Source of the DNA: Eledone cirrhosa
Taxonomy: Eukaryota
Length of the DNA stretch: 64,000 nt
NCBI GenBank assembly: GCA_964016885.1
Contig: OZ024742.1
Location: 177,878,001-177,942,000 of the forward strand
Direction: 5' to 3'
The notes beneath the pieces are model-generated. The model saw nothing but the letters and a program-made list of their open reading frames with translations. It was not told the DNA's origin and ran no database searches. Below, piece by piece: positions 1 through 14,225 of the stretch. Each line of letters begins with the position of its first letter. The stretch's first letter is position 1. The translations under genes were made by a program, and so were the position numbers.

Positions 1-68
1 AGTAACTTTGTATTTCACCTTTTTGGGTTGATAAATTAAAATACCAGTCCAGTGGAGTAGATTGATGG
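1..68 (+). mobile_element. Degenerate 3' part of tRNA-derived SINE family A
   Basis: aactttgtatttcacctttttgggttgataaattaaaataccag resembles the SINE A core gactttgcctttcatccttacggggtcgataaaataaagtaccag found repeatedly in this window. Confidence 0.55.
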
Positions 69-3000
69 AATTGTTAAAGTGTCAGATGAGATATTTTCGG
101 TTTCTGATTCGGTGTGTGCATTATGAATTCAAATCCCGTTTCTTTTTTAGAGAGTTGCGATTCGCAAACAGGATCAGCAATGGAAAGATGTATGGAAACA
201 TTGTTTCCTTTTCATATCTGATGATTGGCTCCTGTGCTTTAGGCTCCAAATAGGTCAATGGTTTTAGTAAATATATTGTAATATATGAGCTATTGTGTCT
301 CTTATGTTGTAGTTTATCTCTGTCGAAGCCATACGAGCTAGCACATAAAATCAATACTTTTTGAAAATATGTCGGTTCATGCAGTAAAATCTCCATATAT
401 CTTCTGTGTATTCTGTGAAAATTAATGTGACGAATAAAACAGAATTAGATTATTTGGAACATATTAGTAAAATGATTCCTACTAAAGACTATGGCACATG
501 GACCAGTTGTCGTTTAGCAACTGATAAACGAACTCAGTTCTTAAAAAAGAACAACTCGAGGGAAATTACCGTTTTCAGGATAAGATCATTCCAGAATTTA
601 TTTGACAATTGTTTGTATTATTTTTTGTAAATGCATTTAATTATCTATTCGTTCATAGCTTTTCTTAGTTATTTAAATTTTTATTTAAAATTGCCAAGAA
701 AATTTTGAACATGTTTCTGAAATCTAAAAGGAATTGTTTGTTTGTTTGTTTAGTTATTGTTTCGTTGTTTATTTTATTTTCAATTGTTGTTGTTTTTGTT
801 TTTTTAACTATTTCGTTTAAAAATTGGAATATAAAACATGTGATGTTTCATAATCAATATTTTGAATAAAAGAATGAGAAAACAATTTTTTTAATGACAC
901 AAACAAAACATAAATATAGTCAATAAATAACTAGTTAAAATTCATAGCATGTCTTTTAGAAAAAGAACAAGGTGAATGGAAGAAACAATATAATTCAAAA
1001 GTTAATTCCTGAAATTAAACAATAATTCCTCTAGCTGGTAACTTTAACCAAACCTGTTTCTGCCTGTTTTAACTCTCTTTTAGCTTTTCTGAATAAATTC
1101 ACACAAATTTTTCAGCATGTTACACCTCTGTCATATCCTGTTAAGATATTTATGATTTTTATGTTGCTTTTCACTTCACTATTTCTAATTAAATCCTATA
1201 TTTGCGTTGCCAATAAATTTCCCGAATTCACTCATTTTTCATTCTTGTTTCTTTTGTTACGTTTCATTCTATTTTATTTTTCGAATGTTAGTTTATTCTA
1301 ATAGAAATTCATGACACATTGTACTCTGTCCACTGCACAACTAATGCACCATTGATGAAGTTGAACAGTCTACGTTTCTGTACTATTATTTTATAAAGAC
1401 GAGTGAGTTCTTGAAATAAGGTCATTATAACAGCGGAAATTTGAGACACTGTCAAATAAACTGCAATACAACATGTAGTTTTATCCTTTGATGTTGTGAG
1501 TTCAAATATGTCTGCAGTTGACATTAAATGTTTGTCCGTCAGTGGTTGAAACAATATATACCAGAGGTTTCTTAGATTAATATAATCAGCTATATTCTAA
1601 CTCGTAACTTTCCTTAATCCAAACATATTTAGTTATTTTAAATTAAGCAAACTTACAAGGGGGGGGGGGGTGCATTTATATAGTCTCAAAACATGCTAGA
1701 AATCACAGATAAGATTCTCTCAAATCAAGGCCTTATTGGATAATGTTGTCCTTGATACACTCACTGTATTTAAAGAACATAAAGTGGTTCCGGCTGAAAA
1801 CTCCATGACCATATGTATGTTTAGACCATGGTTGAACGATGGCTAAACAACAATAACAATATGAACAACAACTACAAATAATCATTGTGTATTTGTGACA
1901 CAGTTATGTAATGAAATAAAGCCAACACGAGGATTTATCAGGTTTGTGTGATGGGTAAACAACTATAGCAATACCAACAAAAACTGCAAATTATGTATTT
2001 TTGTGTATATTTTTTTCACGCATGTGTAATAAATTAAAATTAATTGTTTTTTTCATCAGGGTCGAATGAGCTTTAAACAACATAAAAAAACTACAAATTT
2101 TCAGTATGTATTTGACCCACAGTGAAATAAAGCAATTTCCTTGCTTTATCAGGTTAGTTATTACTCAGCTGGATATTGCGTCATTCTTGAATCCGCGATA
2201 AAAGAAATGTGGTGCCCATACCTTTCCCATAGACGGTAATGCAGTGAAACAGTTCCAAATAAAATGTGAAAATAATTCGTGAATTAATGGCCTTAATGAG
2301 GTTGAAGTATACCATCATATCAAAAATGAAAGGAACGAATCATCGAATTAGACCAACGAAACTATATTTCAAATAGATAATCCAGTGTAGAGACTATCAC
2401 CTAATGTTAATTCCTAGCAGAATGACGCGGGATTGAAACTCAGAACGTACAAAGCCAGATCAGATAATGCAAAGCGGACTGTCCAACACATTAATAATTC
2501 CGCTATACCCACCAACCCAGGTACTCCGAATATATAGAATGTGACGTTTATCTCTGTAGAACATGAACTCCAAGATCTGGAACAAACACTGAGGCAATTT
2601 GCCTCAAGTAATGATTCTCTATCTTTACGTTTAACATGTTGACTTAGGTTTCCCAGTTTCCCATTATCCTGACTAACAAATACTTAATATGACTTTTACG
2701 AAAATATATACTTTCCATTATACCTCCCACATTTGTATATATGTAGTGGAAACAGAGAGATAATATGTGTGTGGTTGTGGAGGAGGTGAAAAATTATGAG
2801 GTAGAGAATGTGTGTATGTGTCAAACAAATGCTAATATTATCTTTATTGTCTTTAATAACATTCTAACCATGACCAACGTGTCTTTGTAAATGATAGAAA
2901 CACAACGGTATTTAAATTCGCCATTTATAACCTAAATAAACACATATAAATATACATATATAAATTCTTATATTTCGCTATGCAAACATGATACATTTAT

Positions 3001-3708
3001 AAATATATATGAACGGTGAAATGATCGCGTGTCAGGAGCTATTAGATGTATGTCATTTTGTCTGTTATCACCAGCATTAGTGTCTGTATTTAGACAAGCT
3101 TCGAAGTAGTACCATATATCATAGCAAAACAGATGAAATTCTTACTAGAATCAAAATAGTAATAATGGTAAAAGTCGTAGATTAAGTGCTTTCTTTCTTT
3201 ATCTTATAATTTTACCACCCACATTTCTTTCACGGCGTGAATAAGTACGTTGATCTATACCAAATATATTCATCTTGCCTCTGTATTAGACAGTAAAGTC
3301 TGAAAGGATTAAAACCAGGGAGATATTGTTCTAGCATTTAAATCAGATATAAGATATTACTTCTATCATTTGTTAAAAGAAACATCAATGATATGAATTG
3401 ACAGATTTAGGGAGTAACATATATCCACTTTTATGTTATATCAACAAATATGCTCATTGACTAATATCTAAAATAAAAACTATGTAAAACAAAACCATTA
3501 ATTGGTAACACTACCATTTCATACCCTTTGCAAAACATTATATAGATATTGCATCAGGGTAACAGTAAACAGAATTTCGAAAGAATTACCCCGGAGAATA
3601 GCAAGTAAGATGTGATGGAAGAACCAGTCCAACTCGCTCTATAGCAAATGCATTTCCAATTTTCAGCTCAAGCAGCTGATTAAATGGCAGTCTACCATCG
3701 ACATGAGA

Positions 3709-3990
3709 AAGCACGTGGGATAGTAGTTAGGATGTTCGGTTGGCGGTCGTAAAATTGTGAATCCAGATCCTTTCAGCGTGTTGTTTCATTGAGCCAGACA
3801 CTTTATTTCACATTACACGTTCACGTTACACATGAGTTGTATCTGTAATTCATAGAATCACCATTGCCACGCACACTCTATCATGCTGATTGCCACATAA
3901 GATGAAGGAAGCTATGTTTCCATTGATCTTTCCATTGCTGACTGTCTGCCTACCGTAATTCATGGTGGCAAAAGGAGGCGGATATTGAAC
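3709..3990 (+). mobile_element. Old tRNA-derived SINE family B copy
   Basis: tRNA-like head followed by ttgagccagacactttatttcacatt; homologous to the copies near 4962, 8900 and 34213. Confidence 0.55.
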
Positions 3991-4961
3991 AGAGAATACA
4001 TTCAGATTCAGACCAGATACTGATCTTTAAAAATAACAATAATCCATTGCCCTGGGGTTAGAATTAGTTTTTTAAAGTCTTTTTTGTTGCCCAAGAAAGG
4101 ATGAATGGGAATTACAATTTCAGTGAGAGTTGAACTCAGTGGACAGTGAGCCAGAACAAACACCGATGCAATTCACTACTTATATATACAGTGTAGAAAG
4201 ATAACTTCATATTTGTATAAGTGTATGTGCATGCGTAAGATACGTAATATCATCATCATCATTATCAACAACAACTGCAAGCAGAACAAAAACAATAACA
4301 TAATCTTCATCATCATCATTAACATCATCAACATCATCATTATCCTCATCTGTTTAATGTCTACCTGTGTTATGGGGATTCTGCACTGTAATAAATTCTT
4401 AAGGATTTGTATACATATCTACTCTTAACTGTTTTCGTCCATCAACTTCTAGTCCATTCTTTAATGCCAGCAATAAAGACTTGGCATTTTCTCTGTCGTA
4501 AATGTATTTATATTTGTATATTCTTCAATATTGAATATTTCCGTTATTGACAAGAATACGAAACAACAATGGATATCATAAAACCTATCAACTCCACGGC
4601 TTTATTGTTCCATGGAGATGAGACACAATAGTTATTAACTCTTTTTATACTTAGAGTTGTAATTCCCAGCCTTGTTCTGAGACCGTGTATTGAAGCTAAA
4701 ATAATTATATCATGGAAGAGTTCATTTTAGCCTAAGAAAATCACACAAGACCTGTTAAACTTTCTTTAGAGTTGTCATTATTTCCTGGTATAAATATTTT
4801 CGTTCACTGTTTGCGACCTACTCACTGCTGTAGTTTCAAAACTTTTAGTGGTACTATGTCCGTAACAAGGGCAAAACAGAGCCACAACATATCTGACACC
4901 AAGAAATAAATGATAACTGTAAAGTGAATTTTAAAGTTTTATAATATGTATTCTATGTAAA

Positions 4962-5268
4962 GACGCATAACTTATGGGGTTAGGGTGTTCAGCTCACAAT
5001 CGTACCTTCTTTAGATCGATTCTCGATAGTGCGTTATATTTTTGAGCAAGACACTTTTTTTCATGTTGCTCCAGTCCACTCAGCATGAAGCAAATAAGTT
5101 GTATCTGTGATTCAGATTCAAAGAGATAGTCTTGTGATAGGCTTTGTCACACTGAATCTCACGTTAAGGGTACGTACAGGTGCTGGTTGAATTGTCAAAC
5201 CCTTTAAACGGTAATTTTACAAGCAGACTGTTCCGTTGATGAAACACCATGAGCACCGACGGAAGTCC
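4962..5268 (+). mobile_element. tRNA-derived SINE family B copy
   Basis: tRNA-like head plus tttgagcaagacactt...ttgctccagtccactcagc central domain (Meta/V-SINE-like; assignment tentative). Confidence 0.6.
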
Positions 5269-5659
5269 AAAATAGAAATATGTATACTATAAATGTTGTA
5301 GATGGTTGCAGATTTATTTTAGAATTTCCAGTCGTCTTTCGAGTTTGTGATAGTTTTATGTTCTTGAAAATTGATGTCGGCTTCTATTTGATGCTCTTTG
5401 ATCATGAAAAAGAATTGGCGAGGAAAATGGTAAAAACACATTAAAGATATGATTGACAGCGTGTTGTGTAACTTGTTGGTAAATGTTAGCTTATAAACAC
5501 ATTTTTTCACTACAGTAACTTCAAAAGTTTTTAACATAAAAAGGCTTTCGAAGCGTATACTAATGTACATGCAGATTCTTATGTATTTGTGCTATTGTTT
5601 GTATATATGATTGTGTATGTACATCGTATACCTCCTACGTTGGTGCGTGTACAGCCAGA

Positions 5660-6140
<481 letters not shown>

Positions 6141-6254
6141 GGGATAGGCTTGGTTTGCGTTTCTGTATGTGCGGTAGGTAGGCTTGGTTTGTCTAGGACT
6201 TGGTACAGTGGATATTTTTTTATATGACGTATTCAGCTATTCTATAACCATGAT

Positions 6255-6761
6255 GCAATTGGTTCATGTAATAAATCTTGTTCTTATTAATACTCGGGGT
6301 CATTGATTCAACCAAAAACACGCATATACACATGTTGGACTTCTGTCAGATCCGAGGACATGTCTTTCAAATTTTTAACCAAATGGGACAGCCTGCCCAT
6401 GAAATTAACGCGCAAGCGGCTGAACATTCCACAAACATGTGTACATTTAACATCGTGGATTCAGCGTGGAATTACAGATACAAACCATGAGCGGATTGGA
6501 GCCGCAATTGGTTCATGCAATAAATGTTGTTCTTATTAATACTCGGGGTCATTGATTCAACCAAAAACACGCAGATACACATGTTGGATTTCTGTCAGAT
6601 CCGAGGACATGTCTTTCAAATTTTTAACCAAATGGGACAGCCTGCCCATGAAATTAACGCGCAAGCGGCTGAACATTCCACAAACATGTGTACATTTAAC
6701 ATTGTTGTAGGGGGGATTCAGCGTGGAATTACAGATACAATCCATGAGCGGATTGGAGCCA
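6255..6761. repeat. Tandem duplication, about 249 bp x 2
   Basis: gcaattggttcatg...gagcggattggagcc starts at 6255 and again at 6504; nearly identical, with a short insertion in copy 2. Confidence 0.9.
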
Positions 6762-8899
6762 CGGGAAATAAAATATTTTGCTCAAGAATACAGCGTATCG
6801 ATGGGAATCGAATTCATGACGTTACGGCCGTGAGCCAAACATCGAAATCACTAACTTACATACTCACACTAACACACTTAGAAGGACACAGAGAATGTGT
6901 GTAAGGGAACTATTGAAGGGTGAGATGAATGACAAGCTCAGGGAAATAAATAACGTCTATCAACGTTTATTGTTTGTTAAGTGTAAACATCATTTCAGAA
7001 TTCTTGTGTTAATGGAATTATCATAAAATCTTCTTGGATGTTCAAATACAATGCAGTCAATGTTTAGATGTGTTTAGACAATCTACATTCAAACCTTTCT
7101 ATTCACATACTCTCTTACTCATCTCCTCTTGGTATTCTTAATGTAGATTTTATACACACTGTATTTATCAGAAGGTATGCCTGCATCTGTTTTAATGTCT
7201 ATATTTATTTCTCATATATTTATTTGTATGTATGTAGGTAGGTAGTAGGTAGGTACGTATGTACATATATATGTATGCATGTATATATTCGTGTATGTAT
7301 GTATGAATTTATATGCGAATGAAAGTATTTATGTATATATATATATCATGGAAATACTCGGTTTGGTGCTCGAGCGCACGATTAGCCTACCGAATGTAAG
7401 AGAACCCTAGGAAAAAAATGTTTGATGCAAAGCCTGCGACTCGATGATAGCCGATGATGTTGACCTAATTTATTTGTATACCTGTCACTATTTTTTAAAG
7501 AGTGAGATGGGTTCAGTGCCAGGCCTCTCTTCATTTAAAAAAAGGTTTGAAGCAGAGGCATCACTTCATCTAAATGACTTTCACGTATGTTACGTGAGCA
7601 TAGTCTAGTGGGGTTTTTTTTCGCTGCAACACATATACAGAAAGGAATCTATGCCCTTTCGAGGTCATCCCCCCCCCCCCCCCTCACACACACACACACA
7701 CACCCATGAATGAGAAAAATGTCAAGGGATAGACAATTCTAGAAACCTAGATGCAGCAGTTATGTATATCAAAACATTCAGGTAAAATATTTTAATATAA
7801 CAAAAAAAGTTTTTAAATATGCATCTAAAAATATTAATTCAACAATAAAATAAAAATGAAAAATAATAATTTTAAATCTTTAATATTTTTCAAACAGAAT
7901 TACTGGCCTGTTGAATAATGTAAGTGCTTTCGGTGGTTATATCAACTCTTGAGACAGTGAAAATAGATTAACAACCAGACTTCACTAATTGCAACAAGTG
8001 ATCTAGAAATATCATGAGAGAGAGCCAGTAGTCGTTGATTCCATTTAGTATCAGATGGATGAGTGATTTACATTATAATAAAACCACTTGGTCAAGAATA
8101 ATCTGGGAATAGACATCTGTAAAAAGCACTCACCAAGGTTTATAAGTTCAAATTCCATAGTGACTGTAGTTAGCAATTACAAACATTCACCTACGAATCA
8201 ATTTCGAATTTAAATCTTTTTATAAAATATATCTTTTGCTTTTCCTAAATTTTATCTTCTATCTTCATTTTGAAAAGGGAAAATATTTTGAACTACACAT
8301 TTTTACATATCCACGTTGTTCACTATATGGTATATTCCTAATAGTTGGATCTCTAATTTGTACTCTTACTGCAGTCGATTGTTATTATATTATTGGTGCT
8401 TAATGTATCATATATTATGGTATAACCGTTTATATCTATATTTATTGTTTGATCCCACGTCAGCCTCCATCAACTAGATCTATAATGAAATGCATCAAGG
8501 CCATCACCACGGCATCAAACGTTTCTTTTCCTTTTGTTTGTATTTTTAGGGGGAGGGGCTTTTTTTTTTGCATTTGTTGTTGCTTTTGTTTTCGATTTTG
8601 TTTTGTTTTTTATTTATTAGAGGATACTCTTGTTTACATTTGAATTTAAGCTCTAACTCATCCCGAGATGTACAAACTTTTGACCAACCCCATTCTTTCA
8701 GGAATAACATACCTCGGATAAAAGATTAAGGCGGAAGTCTGTGGTTTGAAGGACGTATTAGGCGGCTATTTCTAGCTGCTTAAGCGGCTACATGTAGGAT
8801 CTCATCATGGGCTCCCATGTCGAGTTAGTTCGTATAAAATACTTGATGCACACAATGAATATTGGGTAATTTAAACATCCGGTATTTCGGTAATTTAAA

Positions 8900-9150
8900 G
8901 GCGCATGGCTGTGTGGTTAGTCAGTTTAGCTCACGGTTTTTACTGTCTGTGCTCGATTCCCAGTAAGCAGTTGTATCCTTGAGCAAAACGCTTTATCTTT
9001 CGTTGCTCTAGTCCACTCAGCTGTCAAAAAGAAATTGTAACTGTAACTTAAAGAAACAGCTTTGTCGCAGACTGTTTCACGCTGAGAAACTTTTTATCTG
9101 TGGAATGCTCAACCACTTGAACGCTGATTTTCCGAGGAGGATGGTCGGTT
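8900..9150 (+). mobile_element. tRNA-derived SINE family B copy
   Basis: ggcgcatggctgtgtggttag head; ccttgagcaaaacgcttt...ttgctctagtccactcagctg. Confidence 0.6.
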
Positions 9151-10082
9151 CAAAAGCAACTTAGCTATATACACAGGAAAGAACACTTAATGGAACACAG
9201 TATCTCTGACCAATTGAATGGTATTCCAACGTCTTATTCAGTTTAACTGTGGTAATTTCACTCTGAGACATTGACAACAAATAGATGTTTCCACTGATAT
9301 ATGGTGATTCTCCACAGTAACTATACGTTGACTATGTGCTGAATTCTTAACTGTAACTACAAGCACAAATAATGTTATCATATATTAGTGATAAATATTT
9401 ACTACGCCTATTTATTTGCAAATAATCGGCCATAATAATCAGTATCTGGCATGGAGAAAAAGAAGCATTAAAGGATACATCATCTAATTTCCTTCCCTCG
9501 AGATATATGAGTGTAATAAATCAGTCATAAATGACATCACTGAATTAATACCCAGCTATATTACACGCTCTCTGCCATTAACTGTATCTCTAATTCTATC
9601 GCTATGTCTTTAACTCTATGCCTTTATATCTATTTCTCTTTCACTGTTCTGTATCTCTTACTATGACTCCATTCTTCTCACTCGTTTCACGCACTTTCTC
9701 TTCCTGTGTCTCTTTACACTCCATTTTCTTTTCGCTCTCTCTCTCTCTCTCTCTCTCTTTCTCTATTATTCCCACTCTCTCTCACTCTTACTGCCTCAGT
9801 TTCAGTCGATCACATATACATATAGCGCCACACACACACACGCACACATACACACATACACGCACACGTACACACTCACACACACACTGACGTACACACT
9901 CACAGACTCACACACACGCAAAACATACACAGCTAAATAGTAAAACAAGAATACATACATAACAAATGTCTCCAGTGCAATTTCTGGCAAGTCAAAAGAT
10001 CAATGCAATTTAGAACCTAGACTAATGCATTTCATTTATAAAGAAGACACTTGGATATTTAAACATACAACAGTGTCTAACT

Positions 10083-10734
10083 GTGTGTGAGTATGTGTGT
10101 GGGTATGTGTATATACGTGTGTGTACAGATACGGGTGTATGTGTATGGGTGTTTTATGTGCGTATGTATGTGTATGTATGTATGTATGTATATGTATGTA
10201 TGTATATGTATGTATATGTATGTGTATGTATGCCTATGTATGTATCTATATTTGTATATTTGTTTGACAAAGTGTATATATATATATATATATATGTGTC
10301 TATGTATGATGTAAATATATGTGTATGTGTGAGTATCTGTATATATGTGTGTGTACAGATACGGGTGTATGTGTATGGGTGTTTTATGTGCGTATGTATG
10401 TGTATATATATATATGTATGCCTATGTATGTATGTGTATGTATGTCTATGTATGTATGTATGTATCTATATTTCTATATTTGTTTCACAGTGTATATATA
10501 CATATATGTGTGTGTTGTGTGTGTATGATGTATATGTATGTGTGTATGTATGATGTATATGTATGTGTATGTGTGAGTGTGTGTATATATGTGTATACAT
10601 ATACCACCACACACACACACACACGCATTCGTACACACTCGCACACACACACTGGCGTACACACTCACAGACACACAAAACATACACAGCTAAATAGTAA
10701 AACACAAATGCCCAGATGCGTGATTTTATGTGCG

Positions 10735-10798
<64 letters not shown>
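10083..10798. repeat. Complex TA/TG/TATG satellite with recurring gtatatttgtttgacaa and gtacagat anchors
   Basis: The same anchor words recur through 15420-17260. Confidence 0.8.
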
Positions 10799-10804
<6 letters not shown>

Positions 10805-11098
10805 TAAAGTTTAAGCAAAGAATCGCTGCTTTCACCCTTAATGGGATCTTCTGAAACAAAAAAAGTCAATCTGTGAACGCAGAAGTAAATATTTCAAAAA
10901 ACGTTGCAACCGGGGGAAGACAGGAAGACGATACTTTGGTTCGTGGAAACGTTCTCTGGCAAAGAACGAAAAAAAACCGAAGATAATTTATTTTAATAAA
11001 TATTTGCCCTACGGTTCTTATATATTTGATATATATTTATCCTTATCGTGCCCTCTTTGGATTTTAGTCTTCAAATTTATTACTATTACTATATATAT
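10799..11098 (+). mobile_element. Non-autonomous PLE-like end fragment between (TA)n runs (same family as 24908-25175)
   Basis: 10799-10880 matches the inverted arm at 24908; 10990-11092 matches the tail at 25075-25175. Confidence 0.65.
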
Positions 11099-11099
11099 A

Positions 11100-11541
11100 C
11101 TCGAGATACTTCATGGCGGAACCAAGCTATTGAACAGAAGGGCCGACTTATTCAGCGCCTGCAGACACCTAAGGACGGGAACTTTCCTCAAGCTATATGG
11201 ATAAACCCCGGTTAAGGCCTCCCACAACCCCATATATATTCATATATATATAGCTATTTCAGAGCACCAATTCTAATTTTCAATTTCTGATTGACCGGCA
11301 ACCGCTCTGTATAATCAGTTCCTGATTATTTACTAGAATTCTATGAGAACCAAACATCCAGCAAACAGGAGGAGTAGGTGGCTTTAATAAGCATCAATAA
11401 ATGCGAAACAAGGCCTTGTCAGCTTTATCTCCCCCTGTTTGCTGAAAATTAAAGTAAGTGAGCCTGTCACTACTCCAAAACAATAGCATAAGGTCTTCGA
11501 AATGCTTTTAATTAAGCATACAGTCTATTGCAAAATACACT
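11100..11541 (+). mobile_element. 3' end of a Penelope-like element (GIY-YIG C-terminus, 3' UTR, decayed hammerhead)
   Basis: Encodes LLNRRADLFSACRHLR, matching IINRRTDLFSICLHK in the 13797-14225 ORF; flanked by (TA)n. Confidence 0.75.
11378..11426 (+). ncRNA. Decayed minimal type I hammerhead ribozyme
   Basis: ggct-TTAATAA (three transitions from CTGATGA)-gcat caataa atgc-GAA-ACAAGGCCTTGT-C-agct; palindromic helix III, GUC triplet; helix I extended by cagcaaacagg/cctgtttgctg. Confidence 0.6.
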
Positions 11542-11609
11542 ATATATATACATTCATATATATATATATATAATATATAAGATCAAAAGATGGTTAAATG
11601 AGTTCCATG

Positions 11610-11680
11610 TATTTTATTATGCGCATTTCAAAAACAAATATCATCATGCAATAACATTTGTGTTTTCATCAGATAAAATA
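11610..11680 (-). ncRNA. Minimal type I hammerhead ribozyme (inverted-arm copy)
   Basis: Reverse complement of 11799-11869. Confidence 0.8.
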
Positions 11681-11798
11681 GTAGGACATGATATGAAGGT
11701 TAAAAAACACATGTGGATAGTGCAGTTTTAAATCAACATATGTTGATTTAAAACTGCACTATCCACATGTGTTTTTTAACCTTCATATCATGTCCTAC

Positions 11799-11869
11799 TA
11801 TTTTATCTGATGAAAACACAAATGTTATTGCATGATGATATTTGTTTTTGAAATGCGCATAATAAAATA
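11799..11869 (+). ncRNA. Minimal type I hammerhead ribozyme
   Basis: tattttat-CTGATGA (11807-11813)-long helix II-GAA-ATGCGCAT-A-ataaaata; 8-bp helix I, palindromic helix III, AUA triplet, predicted cleavage after 11861. Confidence 0.85.
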
Positions 11870-12053
11870 CATGGAACTCATTTAACCATCTTTTGATCTT
11901 ATATATTATGTATACTCCAGTCCTACAAACTGTAGAGTGCTTCTTATCCGATATCTGCATTGCTTTATTGTACTACAATAAAACTCACCTCCTACATATA
12001 TATATATATATATATATAATATAAGATCAAAAGATGGTTAAAGGAGTTCCATG

Positions 12054-12125
12054 TATTTTATTATGCGCATTTCAAAAACAAACATCATCATGCAATAATA
12101 GTTGTGTTTTCATCAGATAAAACAG
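12054..12125 (-). ncRNA. Minimal type I hammerhead ribozyme (inverted-arm copy)
   Basis: Near-exact reverse complement of 15227-15299, core intact. Confidence 0.78.
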
Positions 12126-13461
12126 GAGAACATGATATGTAGGCTAAAATACACTTGTGGATAGTGCAGTTTTAAATCAACATATGAAAAGTGGTTTTAG
12201 ATTGATGTGTGATATTGGGAAAAATATTTTATTTAGAGAGGGGGGGGAGGATGAAAAAGGGGAGGAGATGAGAGGGAGAGATGGGTGATAGAGAGAAAGA
12301 AAGAGATAGTTTTTATAACTGAGAGGAGATATATTGTTTTACATAGAGAGGTTGAAAACCGTTGGAAGATAATGTATAAATTAAAAATTTGAAATTAACG
12401 AAGGGAGGATATGTGCGAGGAAAGAATATTTTATTTATGGAGGGGGAGGGGTGGAAAGGATGAAAAAAGGGGGAGGAGATGAGAGTGAAGATGGAGAGGG
12501 AGAGATGGGTGATAGAGAGAAAGAGATAGTTTTTATAACTGAGAAAAAGATATATTGTTTTACATAAATTAAAGGAATTTGAAAATTAACGAAGGGAATT
12601 TATGTATGAAGATAGAGAGAAAAAATAATAATTGTGGATGAATATTCTAACGTCAAAAAAAGTGTGTGTTGATAAGTATTGTGGCAATTTCAAAATTAAC
12701 GAAGAGAAAAATTATTAAGGTTTGTGTGTTATTAAGGATTTGAGAAAAATAATGTGAAGTTAAAGTTTGTATATTGAAGGAATTGATAATATATGCGAAT
12801 AAAGAGTTAATATGTATTAAGAATGAGTTCGTTGATGGGGAGAAAAAAAAAATAATAAATTAAGGATGAAATTGAGATTAAAAAGATTTATGATAGAGAG
12901 AAAAAATAATGATTGCGGATGAATATTCTAACGTCAAAAAAATAAATGTATATGTTATGAAGGATTTTACAAGGTGAAGATAGAATGAGGGTAATGAGTA
13001 AACAAGTATTATAGAGTGTATAATTCCCTTTAAAGTAAGGTGGGAAGATGGGTATATTTTAAAGAGGTGTATGTATATGTGCCTTTGAGAAAAGATTCTA
13101 AATTGATAAAGAATTGAATATTAACTGTATACTTTGTGAAAAGTCCTATGGAATTTATGGAGGCAGATAGAAAATAAATCTGTACGTCTATTTATTATAG
13201 AATCTAGGTTAGAGATAATGGTAAATTTTTCATTTAGGCAGAGATTACAGATTTTAGATAGAGAGCTGTTCAAGTATGAGGATGCAGAAGAAACCTTCTT
13301 CCAAAAGATGGTATATTTAATGTTTTTGTCTTTTAATGACCATATGAGTTCTGAGAGAGCAGTGTTGGTTCTTTTAAGTTTGTATTTGAAAGATGAATGA
13401 TGATTATAGAGACGAGCTTTAAAAGAGGTGGAAGTGGAGCCAAAATAGGTGAAGGAATAGT

Positions 13462-14225
13462 AAAATATTTAACAAACACACCATCAAATTTTCTTATTCT
13501 ACATCCTCCAATATTTCCAACATCATCTCTAAACACAACAATAAAATACTAAATACTAAATCTCTTCCTTCCAACATTGAATTTCATAATAACAGTAATA
13601 GTACTCCCGACGTCATTGTAAACCCTAGGCTAACTTCTGTAAACACAAATACAACGTCAAACACAACTTCGCTAAATGTTCATAATCCAACTCTAAATCA
13701 AGAAACTATTATTCCTATTATTCCTATCGCAAACAACTTCTCCAATCCAATTCCTTCTATAGATAACACTAGGTCACTCATTAATAATCTCTCTAATTGC
13801 CTTGCCGCATTAAAAATAAATGTCCTCTCAACAACCATTGTCTCGATAAAAACTTAATTTATGAATGTAAAATTATAACTAGCACCAATTCCTTCACCTA
13901 TTTTGGCTCCACTTCCACCTCTTTTAAAGCTCGTCTCTATAATCATCATTCATCTTTCAAATACAAACTTAAAAGAACCAACACTGCTCTCTCAGAACTC
14001 ATATGGTCATTAAAAGACAAAAACATTAAATATACCATCTTTTGGAAGAAGGTTTCTTCTGCATCCTCATACTTGAACAGCTCTCTATCTAAAATCTGTA
14101 ATCTCTGCCTAAATGAAAAATTTACCATTATCTCTAACCTAGATTCTATAATAAATAGACGTACAGATTTATTTTCTATCTGCCTCCATAAATTCCATAG
14201 GACTTTTCACAAAGTATACAGTTAA
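13462..14225 (+). pseudogene. C-terminal fragment of PLE protein: RT thumb end, S/T/N/P-rich linker, GIY-YIG endonuclease
   Basis: Frame from 13462 reads KIFNKHTIKFSYSTSSNISNIISKHNNKIL...LSNC; after a 1-nt frameshift near 13801 it reads CRIKNKCPLNNHCL..LIY..YFG..FKARLYNH..CNLCLNEK..IINRR; restoring one base gives CxCX5C. Confidence 0.85.

Larger units (their letters stand above)
11570..11995 (+). mobile_element. Short fold-back PLE insertion: ~170 bp zero-spacer palindrome plus ~85 nt unpaired 3' tail
   Basis: Palindrome centred at 11739/11740 (caacat|atgttg); same family as 12015-15422; flanked by (TA)n. Confidence 0.88.

Noticed and set aside
6278-6904. ORFs in the 249-bp duplication
   Set aside because: No recognisable motif; explained by the tandem repeat
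13218-14128. Duplicate 60 aa ORFs (13218 +, 13946 -), and the 67/70 aa pair at 11528/11748
   Set aside because: Antisense frames duplicated by the inverted repeats
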